This document shows, piece after piece, positions 47,021-55,135 of a DNA stretch of 64,000 bases (its first letter is position 1; each line of letters begins with the position of its first letter). Below the pieces are notes generated by a model. The model was not told the DNA's origin and made no database searches. It was given only the letters and a program-made list of their open reading frames with translations. The stretch comes from an uncultured Bacteroidales bacterium. GTDB lineage: Bacteria; Bacteroidota; Bacteroidia; Bacteroidales; JAIORY01. The stretch is taken from NCBI GenBank assembly GCA_964404485.1, contig CAYOKJ010000002.1:70-64069 (forward strand), read 5' to 3'. The position numbers and the translations under genes are program-made.

Positions 47021-47048
47021 CAGAGTATAAACTTTTAAAACAGGAAAA

Positions 47049-47255
47049 ATGAAACTATTTGTATTATTAGGAATACCTGGAGTGTGGTCAATTGTCTTAA
47101 TTCTTGTTGTAGTTTTATTGCTTTTTGGAGGGAAAAAAATACCTGAATTAATGAAAGGTGTGGGCAGAGGCATTAAAGAATTTAAAGATGGCGTGAATCC
47201 GAAGGACGAAGACGAAAAAAAGAAAAAGGACGAAGACTCAAAAGAGAAAAAATAA
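47049..47255 (+). CDS. tatA: Twin-arginine translocase subunit TatA/E
   Basis: TM helix followed by [23 protein letters not shown] and a charged tail. Confidence 0.85.
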   Translation: MKLFVLLGIPGVWSIVLILVVVLLLFGGKKIPELMKGVGRGIKEFKDGVNPKDEDEKKKKDEDSKEKK

Positions 47256-47365
47256 ATCTTATTTTTCGAATAACGGATTTTAGGTGTAATTTCAAATGCA
47301 GTTACTAAAATGGTTTCACCACAAATTTAATGGAAGACATTAAAACTACAATAATTCAATAAAAT

Positions 47366-47484
47366 AAATTGCCACAGATTACTCACGATATTGTTTATTT
47401 TTATTGGTGTTCGTGATATCACTTTGTTAAGTTCACTGATAATTCAAATAATTATCTTCTTAATCAGTGAATCTGTGGCAATTT
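47366..47484. repeat. 119-bp element bounded by perfect 15-bp inverted repeats (MITE- or REP-pair-like, or a structured RNA)
   Basis: AAATTGCCACAGATT (47366-47380) is the exact reverse complement of AATCTGTGGCAATTT (47470-47484). Nested internal inverted repeats are present (ttcactgataa / ttaatcagtgaa). Confidence 0.7.
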
Positions 47485-47559
47485 TGTAATAACATTTTAT
47501 CAAGAGCATTTTTATTAATTAATTACCCTGTAAAATAATATTAGAACTACTAAAATTAA

Positions 47560-47567
47560 TACTTTTG
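47560..47567 (+). promoter_or_regulatory. -7 promoter box (TAnnTTTG) for the lytic transglycosylase gene
   Basis: TACTTTTG lies 68 nt upstream of the ATG at 47635. Confidence 0.4.
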
Positions 47568-47634
47568 CAAACTCTTATAAATACTAAAGTTTACAATTTT
47601 GGAGTTTGTCATTTTATAAAAAGAAATATTAATA

Positions 47635-49341
47635 ATGAACTATAATTTATCAAAATATATACGAATAATTTTATTAGCTGTTTTTTGTTGTTTTGTTTTA
47701 ATTGTTTCTGCACAGGAAGAAATTTCCATACCGGACTCATTAATTTCTAAACCTGATTCTGTAATTATTAAAACTGAACAGATAATTGTTGCAGAAGATA
47801 ATTTACAAATTATTGAAATGCTTGACAGTCTGGTTCATATAAAATATTTTGGAGATTATAATTTTACTACAGATACCTCAATTCTAAATGTTTATAATTA
47901 TTCCAAAGATTCGATACCTGTTTTTCCAGATTCTGTTTTAAAAGCAAGAATTGAATTATTAAACGGAGAAACCCCCTTTGAACTAATCTTTAATAAAAAT
48001 GTAAAAAATTATATCAATCTTTATGCTGTAAAAAAGCGGGCACTAACCTCAAAAATGCTTGGTTTGGCAGAGGTTTACTTTCCGCTTTTCGAAGAACAAT
48101 TAGATAAATACAATATTCCTCTCGAATTAAAATATCTTGCAATTGTTGAGTCTGCATTAAATCCTAGAGCAGGTTCGCGTGTTGGTGCAAAAGGATTGTG
48201 GCAATTTATGTATGGAACGGGAAAAGTTTACGGATTAAAAGTTACTTCATTAATTGACGACAGATACGATCCATTAAAAGCAACTGTGGCAGCTTGCGAG
48301 CATTTGAGAGATTTATATGACATTTACGGAAACTGGTCGCTTGCTTTAGCGGCTTATAATTCGGGTGCAGGAAATGTTAATAAAGCTTTACGAAGATCGG
48401 GAAATGTAAAAAGTTACTGGGCTATTTGGCCATTTCTGCCTCGAGAAACAAGAGGTTATGTTCCTGCTTTTATCGCAGTAAACTATGTTATGAGCTATTC
48501 TACAGAACATAATTTATATCCAATTGATCCGGGAATACTTTTTAATGAAATTGATACTATTAAGGTAAAAGATGTTCTTTCCTTTGGTCAGATTTCGGAA
48601 ATGTTGGGGGTTCCCTATGAAGATGTTAAGTTTTTAAATCCTCAATACAAAAAACAAATTATTCCGCCAAGTAACGGAAAAGAATACTTTTTACGACTTC
48701 CGAAAAAATATATAGGCGATTTTATTGAAAACGAAACTGCTTTATATAATTATAAAACAAAAAAAGGAATACAAAAAGACAAACTTCTGGCTCAGATTGA
48801 AAAAGCAAAAAACAGAAATTTTCATATTGTCAGAAGTGGCGAAAACTTAGGAGTAATTGCAAAAAGATACCGTTGCTATATTAACCAAATTAAACGTTGG
48901 AATAATTTAAGAGGAAATACTATTTATCCCGGACAAAAACTTATTGTATATGGTTCGGCTTATTCATCACAAAAACAAAAAAGCCATAAAACACCTGTTA
49001 AAAGGTCAACACAAGGATCAGCACATATTGTGAAAAATGGTGAAAATTTAGCATTGATTGCAAAAAAATATAATTGTACAACTACCGATCTTAAAGAATG
49101 GAATAATTTGAAAAGTTCTAAAATTTTTCCTAAGCAAAAACTTGTTGTTTACAAACCTGTTAGCAGTACAACAAAATCCGGAAAATTTATGTATCACACA
49201 ATTCGCAAGGGCGACACTTTGTGGGATATTGCCAAAGAATATGATGGAGTTACTGTTGAACAAATCAAACGTCTGAACAAGATCAGAAACTACCGCCGTT
49301 TAAAACCCGGACAAAAAATAAAGATTGCAGTGATTAGCTAA
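47635..49341 (+). CDS. Membrane-bound lytic murein transglycosylase (MltD-like) with three LysM domains
   Basis: SLT active-site region AIVESALNPRAGSRVGAKGLWQFM. Three C-terminal H.V..G..L..IA..Y LysM repeats. Confidence 0.85.
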   Translation: MNYNLSKYIRIILLAVFCCFVLIVSAQEEISIPDSLISKPDSVIIKTEQIIVAEDNLQIIEMLDSLVHIKYFGDYNFTTDTSILNVYNYSKDSIPVFPDSVLKARIELLNGETPFELIFNKNVKNYINLYAVKKRALTSKMLGLAEVYFPLFEEQLDKYNIPLELKYLAIVESALNPRAGSRVGAKGLWQFMYGTGKVYGLKVTSLIDDRYDPLKATVAACEHLRDLYDIYGNWSLALAAYNSGAGNVNKALRRSGNVKSYWAIWPFLPRETRGYVPAFIAVNYVMSYSTEHNLYPIDPGILFNEIDTIKVKDVLSFGQISEMLGVPYEDVKFLNPQYKKQIIPPSNGKEYFLRLPKKYIGDFIENETALYNYKTKKGIQKDKLLAQIEKAKNRNFHIVRSGENLGVIAKRYRCYINQIKRWNNLRGNTIYPGQKLIVYGSAYSSQKQKSHKTPVKRSTQGSAHIVKNGENLALIAKKYNCTTTDLKEWNNLKSSKIFPKQKLVVYKPVSSTTKSGKFMYHTIRKGDTLWDIAKEYDGVTVEQIKRLNKIRNYRRLKPGQKIKIAVIS

Positions 49342-49452
49342 TTTTTCAAGAATAAATTCTTACAAATTATTTTTATTATAGCGAAATTTATAAAATATCG
49401 TTATAAAATAAATATTAATTTAGCAGAGAAGGAAAAAAATTAATTATTAAGC

Positions 49453-50610
49453 ATGAAAAATTTTCAAGGAAGAATAATTTCACAATTACCGCATTATGAC
49501 ACTTCAATATTTTCGGTTATGTCGAAGCTTGCCAACGAGCATAATGCAATAAATCTATCACAGGGATTTCCGGATTTTGATATTTCTGAGGAGCTGATTG
49601 AGCTTGTTAATCATTATATGAAAGAAGGTTATAATCAATATGCACCAATACAGGGAGTGCTTCCTCTTCGTCAAAATATTTCAAAAAAAGTTAAAAAAAC
49701 CTATGATGTTAATTATGATCCTGAAAAGGAAATAAATATTACAGCTGGAGCAACACAGGCTATTTATACGATTATATCTGCATTTATTAAAGATGATGAT
49801 GAAGTAATAATATTTGAACCGGCTTATGACAGTTATGCTCCTGCAGTAGAGCTAAATGGCGGAAGAGTTAAATATGCAAAACTTAAAAGCCCGACTTATG
49901 AAATAGACTGGAATGAACTACCGAAAATGATAACGATACAAACAAAACTGATTATAATCAATTCGCCTCATAATCCTACCGGAGCAATTATTAGTAAGAA
50001 TAATATGATTAGATTGGAGAGCTTGACAAAAAATACAGACATTGTTATTTTAAGTGATGAAGTTTATGAACATTTGATTTTTGATGAAAAAGAACACCAA
50101 AGTGTATGTCGTTTTCCAAAGCTTGCCGAAAGAAGTTTTGTTGTAGGTTCTTTTGGAAAAACTTTTCATGCCACCGGATGGAAAATAGGTTTTGTGCTTG
50201 CCCCTGAAAATTTAATGACTCAATTCCGAAAAGCACATCAGTTTATAGTTTATGCTTGCAATACACCTATACAATATGCCATTGCTGACTTTTTAACACA
50301 CACAAAGAATTATAATAAAATTGGAAAATTCTATCAGAAAAAACGCGATTTTTTTGTAAAAAACATTCAGAAATCACGCTTTAAAATAATTCAGTCTCAT
50401 GGAACATATTTTCAATTACTTGATTATAGTAACATCAGCGATATTAATGAAATGGATTTTGCTTTATGGCTGATAAAAGAACATGGAATTGCAGCTATAC
50501 CTGTTTCGTCTTTTTACCATCGTGTAAACGAAAATAAAATGCTGAGATTTTGTTTTGCCAAAAAAGATGAAACATTGAAAAAAGCTGCTCAAATATTATG
50601 CAAGATCTGA
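49453..50610 (+). CDS. Class I/II PLP-dependent aminotransferase (YbdL / glutamine-transaminase-K-like)
   Basis: NSPHNPTG, and the PLP-lysine region GSFGKTFHATGWKIG. Confidence 0.8.
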   Translation: MKNFQGRIISQLPHYDTSIFSVMSKLANEHNAINLSQGFPDFDISEELIELVNHYMKEGYNQYAPIQGVLPLRQNISKKVKKTYDVNYDPEKEINITAGATQAIYTIISAFIKDDDEVIIFEPAYDSYAPAVELNGGRVKYAKLKSPTYEIDWNELPKMITIQTKLIIINSPHNPTGAIISKNNMIRLESLTKNTDIVILSDEVYEHLIFDEKEHQSVCRFPKLAERSFVVGSFGKTFHATGWKIGFVLAPENLMTQFRKAHQFIVYACNTPIQYAIADFLTHTKNYNKIGKFYQKKRDFFVKNIQKSRFKIIQSHGTYFQLLDYSNISDINEMDFALWLIKEHGIAAIPVSSFYHRVNENKMLRFCFAKKDETLKKAAQILCKI

Positions 50611-51392
50611 AAATATCCATAATTCAATCTGAAATTATTTGGGAAAAGCCTGATAAAAATATTAATCATTTCAACAAAAAGATTGATGAAATAATTGAGG
50701 AAACCGATCTTATTATACTTCCTGAAGTTTTCAGTACCGGTTTTCCTGTTGACCCAAATAATTTTGCTGAAACCCTTAACGGAAAAACGATTAATTGGCT
50801 TAAACAAAAAGCTTCTGAAAAAAACTGTGTAATAACAGGAAGTATTTTAATTGAGGAAAACAAAAAGTTTTATAATTGTTTAATATGGATGCCGGCGGAT
50901 GGAAAATTTAAAATGTATAATAAACGACATGTTTTTCATCTTGGCGAGGAATCGGATTTAATTTCTCCGGGGAAAGAAAAGTTAATAGTTGAATTAAAAG
51001 GATGGAAAATCTGTCCAATGATTTGTTTTGATTTAAGATTTCCTGTCTGGAGTAAAAACCGTTTTATAAATAATACTTTTGAATACGATCTTTTGGTTTA
51101 TGTTGCAAATTGGCCTGCACAAAGAAGTTATCCCTGGAAACAGTTGTTGATTAGCCGCGCAATAGAAAATTTATCATATCTTGTTGGAGTAAACAGAATT
51201 GGTACCGATGGAGAAAATAATAATTATTCAGGTGATTCGGCAGTAATAAATCCAGCAGGAAAGATCATTTCAAATATTAATCCCGGCAAGGAGCAAACAG
51301 AAACTATAAAATTATCATACAAAGACCTTAATCAATTTCGAAATGATTTTAATGTAGGCTGTGACTGGGATAACTTTGAAATAAATGACTAA
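50598..51392 (+). CDS. Nitrilase-superfamily omega-amidase (YafV-like)
   Basis: E-K-C triad contexts LPEVF, YNKRHVF and ICPMICFDLRFP. It overlaps the aminotransferase stop by 13 nt. Confidence 0.8.
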   Translation: MQDLKISIIQSEIIWEKPDKNINHFNKKIDEIIEETDLIILPEVFSTGFPVDPNNFAETLNGKTINWLKQKASEKNCVITGSILIEENKKFYNCLIWMPADGKFKMYNKRHVFHLGEESDLISPGKEKLIVELKGWKICPMICFDLRFPVWSKNRFINNTFEYDLLVYVANWPAQRSYPWKQLLISRAIENLSYLVGVNRIGTDGENNNYSGDSAVINPAGKIISNINPGKEQTETIKLSYKDLNQFRNDFNVGCDWDNFEIND

Positions 51393-51652
51393 TGATAATT
51401 ATGATGTTTAAATCAGTGAGACTTTAATTTTGTGAAGCAAACATTTAGTCGAACTGATCCCGAGCGTAGCCGAGGGATCTCCAGGGTTATATTCCCCGCA
51501 GCTTGCGGCGGAGAGCTTCATTTGTCAGAAAACAACTTTAAGGTACAAACAATTGTCTGTCAATTTGTTATTGTTCATAGCAAATTAAATACTTATTATT
51601 ATCATTATATAAAATTTATGAATTAATTTCGCAGCCGAAAAATATTATTATT

Positions 51653-52993
51653 ATGAATATTATTATCGCAGGAGATGGAGAAGTTGGTTTATACCTTGCA
51701 CAAGAGTTAGCCAACGAAAATCATGATATCACAATTATCGATCAACATGAAGATTTGCTAAAAATGGTTGAATCACATACAGATCTTATGACAGTGATGG
51801 GTAATCCAACTTGTATTTCGGTATTGAAAAATGCCAATGTTAGTAAAGCTGATTTATTAATCTCGGTTGTTCATAATGAAAATATTAATTTGGTAACAGC
51901 AATGCTTGGAAAACAACTGGGTGCAAAAAGTACCATTGCCAGGATTAACAATCTTGAAAATCTTAGCAAAGAGAATTTACAAATATTCAAAAACCTGGGA
52001 ATTGATTCGTTAGTTTGCCCAGAAGATATTGCAGCACAGGAAATTATCAGTCTTCTTAAGCAAACTGCTGCAACAGAAATTTTTGATTTTTCAGATGGAA
52101 AGCTTTCATTGTTTCTTATTAAGATTGAAGAAAATGCTCCTGTTGTTAATAAAACACTAAACCAAATTGCTGAAGAATACCCCAAATTACAATTTCGTTC
52201 TGTTGCTATTCATCGCAATTCTGAAACCATCATCCCAAAAGGTGACGATATAGTAAAAGCAAATGATTTATCATATGTTATTTGCAAACCCAATGGTATA
52301 AATGAACTTTTTAAGCTGAGCGGAAAAGTGCCAATTGAAATTAATAATGTGATGATAATTGGTGGAGGCAGAGTGGGCAGAACTACTGCAAAAAAACTCG
52401 AAAAAGATTTAAATATTAAATTGTTCGAGATTGATAAAGGAAAATGTATTTCTCTTAGCGATTCGCTCGATGAAACTCTAATTATCAATGGTGATGCACG
52501 AGATATTCAATTACTGATTGACGAAGATATTAAAGGAATTGATGCATTTATTGCTGTTACCGATAATTCGGAAACAAATATACTAACTTGTCTTCATGCC
52601 AGAAAATATGGTGTAAAACGTACAATTGCCCTTGTCGAAAATCTTGATTATATTGACATTTCCCAAAATATTGGTATTGACACTATCATTAACAAAAAAC
52701 TAATTACTGCGAGCTATATAGTGCAATTTACCATGGGAGCTGAGGTAACCTCAATCAAATGCCTTAGTGGTATTGATGCTGAGGTTATGGAATTTGTTGC
52801 AAAACCAAACTCACAAGTAACAAAAAAACCCATTTCAAAACTTAAGATTCCTAAGGGAGCAATTATTGGTGGTATTGTCAGGGGTAAAAAAGGTTTTATT
52901 GCAATAGGAGATTTACAAATTATGGAAAACGACAAAGTTGTTATTTTTACTTTACCGGAAGCAATTCATAAAATTGGAAAGCTTTTCAATTAA
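51653..52993 (+). CDS. trkA: Trk system potassium uptake protein TrkA
   Basis: Two Rossmann GxGxxG motifs (IIAGDGEVG, IIGGGRVG), each followed by an RCK_C domain. Confidence 0.9.
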   Translation: MNIIIAGDGEVGLYLAQELANENHDITIIDQHEDLLKMVESHTDLMTVMGNPTCISVLKNANVSKADLLISVVHNENINLVTAMLGKQLGAKSTIARINNLENLSKENLQIFKNLGIDSLVCPEDIAAQEIISLLKQTAATEIFDFSDGKLSLFLIKIEENAPVVNKTLNQIAEEYPKLQFRSVAIHRNSETIIPKGDDIVKANDLSYVICKPNGINELFKLSGKVPIEINNVMIIGGGRVGRTTAKKLEKDLNIKLFEIDKGKCISLSDSLDETLIINGDARDIQLLIDEDIKGIDAFIAVTDNSETNILTCLHARKYGVKRTIALVENLDYIDISQNIGIDTIINKKLITASYIVQFTMGAEVTSIKCLSGIDAEVMEFVAKPNSQVTKKPISKLKIPKGAIIGGIVRGKKGFIAIGDLQIMENDKVVIFTLPEAIHKIGKLFN

Positions 52994-53139
52994 AAAATTT
53001 ACCTCCTTTTTTACTAACACTCCGAGTTTTATATCTGAACTCATTATAAATAACCGAAAATTAATTAGTTTTAAAAAAAGATATTAATTGAAAATATTAA
53101 CTTCGAGGCGTCAAAAATATAAAATAGTTTTTTATAATC

Positions 53140-54606
53140 ATGCGTAGTTGGGCAAATTTCAATATTAAAATAATTATTCGTTTAATTGGGTATCTTTTAA
53201 TATTCGAAGGCTTTTTTATGTTTCTTTGTTTACCTTTTTCATGGTATTACTGTGGAGCTGGGTGTAATTCATTATTGATATCAGGACTTATTACTGCTGG
53301 CACTGGTGCTATTCTTTTCTTTTTTACAAGAAAAAATATTAGAAAAAACATAGGAAAAAGAGAAGGATATATTATTGTTTCGATAACATGGATTATTATT
53401 TCACTTTTTGGAACATTGCCATTTATAATAAGTGGTGCAATTCCAAATTTTACTAATGCTTTTTTTGAAACTATTTCAGGATTTACAACTACAGGAGCTT
53501 CGGTTTTAAGTGATATTGAGTCCTTGCCAAAGGGAATACTTTTTTGGCGTAGTATTACTCACTGGATAGGTGGAATGGGAATAATTGTTTTGTCAGTTGC
53601 AGTTTTACCTGTCTTGGGAATTGGTGGTATGCAGCTTTTTATGGCTGAAATGCCCGGTCCTCAACCCGACAAACTTCATCCACGAATTACAGAAACAGCA
53701 AAACGACTTTGGGCTATTTATGTTCTTCTTACTTTTATAGAAACAGTTTTTCTAATTTTTGGCGGAATGAGCTTTTTCGATGCTCTTTGTCATTCATTCG
53801 GGACGATGGCAACTGGAGGTTTTTCTACACAAAACGATAGTATTGCCGGATATTCACCATACATTCAATATGTTATAATTGTTTTTATGATTTTAGCCGG
53901 AACTAATTTTACTTTGCATTATTATGCCCTTCACGGGAAGCTGAAAAAAGTATGGCAAAACGAGGAGTTCAGATATTATTTCTTTCTTATATTAATTATC
54001 GGGATTATAATTACATTTTTTCTTTTTGTTTTTAATTATGGAGATTTTGAGAAATCATTTCGCGATTCCTTATTTCAGGTAGTTTCTATTATTACAACTA
54101 CCGGATATATCACTTCCGATTACTTGATATGGCCGGGAGGAGTATTATGGGTTATAATCTTTTTGTTGATGTTTATTGGTGGTAGCGCCGGTTCAACAGG
54201 TGGTGGAATGAAAATTATCAGGCAACTATTACTTTTTAAAAACACAATTGCTGAATTCAAACGTGCAATACATCCAAATGCAGTAGTCACAGTAAAATAC
54301 AACAAAAAGTCTGTTCCTCAGCAAATCATTTTTCTAATTATGGCATTCTTTTTTACTTATATTATAATATTCGGTTTTGGTACTTTTGTTATGACATTAT
54401 TTGGTTTGGATTTTGAAACAGCTATAGGTGCAACAATTGCATCTCTGGGAAACATTGGTCCCGGAATTGGTAATGTTGGTCCAACAGGAAATTACGCATT
54501 TATTCCCACAGGTGGTAAATGGTTTCTTTCGTTTTTAATGCTTCTTGGACGACTTGAACTCTTTACAGTTCTTATTATTCTTTCACCTGCTTTTTGGAGA
54601 AAATAA
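53140..54606 (+). CDS. trkH: Trk-type potassium transporter membrane subunit TrkH
   Basis: Polytopic protein with repeated selectivity-filter-like GFTTTGAS, MATGGFST, TTTGY and GNIGPG motifs. Confidence 0.9.
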   Translation: MRSWANFNIKIIIRLIGYLLIFEGFFMFLCLPFSWYYCGAGCNSLLISGLITAGTGAILFFFTRKNIRKNIGKREGYIIVSITWIIISLFGTLPFIISGAIPNFTNAFFETISGFTTTGASVLSDIESLPKGILFWRSITHWIGGMGIIVLSVAVLPVLGIGGMQLFMAEMPGPQPDKLHPRITETAKRLWAIYVLLTFIETVFLIFGGMSFFDALCHSFGTMATGGFSTQNDSIAGYSPYIQYVIIVFMILAGTNFTLHYYALHGKLKKVWQNEEFRYYFFLILIIGIIITFFLFVFNYGDFEKSFRDSLFQVVSIITTTGYITSDYLIWPGGVLWVIIFLLMFIGGSAGSTGGGMKIIRQLLLFKNTIAEFKRAIHPNAVVTVKYNKKSVPQQIIFLIMAFFFTYIIIFGFGTFVMTLFGLDFETAIGATIASLGNIGPGIGNVGPTGNYAFIPTGGKWFLSFLMLLGRLELFTVLIILSPAFWRK

Positions 54607-54728
54607 GTTGCCACGGATTTATACTAATTCTTAACAATTTTGCAAAGCAATTGCATACAGCATTCGCCGAATAATCAATATTTTAGAAAAAAATAAACTA
54701 AAAAAGTTCCTTGAATAATTTAATTTAC

Positions 54729-54736
54729 TACTTTTG
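54729..54736 (+). promoter_or_regulatory. -7 promoter box (TAnnTTTG) at the left edge of the restriction-modification island
   Basis: TACTTTTG lies 23 nt upstream of the ATG at 54759. Confidence 0.4.
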
Positions 54737-54758
54737 GTAATATATAATCAAATACGAT

Positions 54759-54890
54759 ATGAAATTTAAAATGACTCATCTTAATAGTGGTGTTTTACAC
54801 GCCAAATCGGCATGTAAAGAACACCTTTTTCAAGATATAAAAGAGAAATATAAACCATTAACTATATTACAACGTTGTATGCAAGGCTGA
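54759..54890 (+). CDS. Possible 43-aa ORF of unknown function upstream of hsdR
   Basis: My translation is MKFKMTHLNSGVLHAKSACKEHLFQDIKEKYKPLTILQRCMQG*. A good -7 box lies just upstream, but I recognise no family. Confidence 0.25.
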   Translation: MKFKMTHLNSGVLHAKSACKEHLFQDIKEKYKPLTILQRCMQG

Positions 54891-55135
54891 GAAACCCAGT
54901 TACATAAAACAAACTGATTAGAAAATTGCAAAATCGAATAGACAAAATATTAGCACTGATTGAAACTTACTGCAAGAAAAAATTAGTTTTTGCCGACCCG
55001 CTTTTGCCCTTCGGGACAATTAGGGAAGCCTGCCCACAAATAGCACATTTGTTTTTTGCCAACGCTAAAATCCAAACGCAAAAAAACAAAAGAGCTATTT
55101 CTTTCCATCACACAATAAATATGTACTTTTAGAGC

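Noticed and set aside
51432-51626. A 64-aa ORF between the omega-amidase gene and trkA.
   Set aside because: It starts with GTG, spans the G/C-rich hairpin element, and has no recognisable protein features. It is treated as a repeat or RNA element instead.
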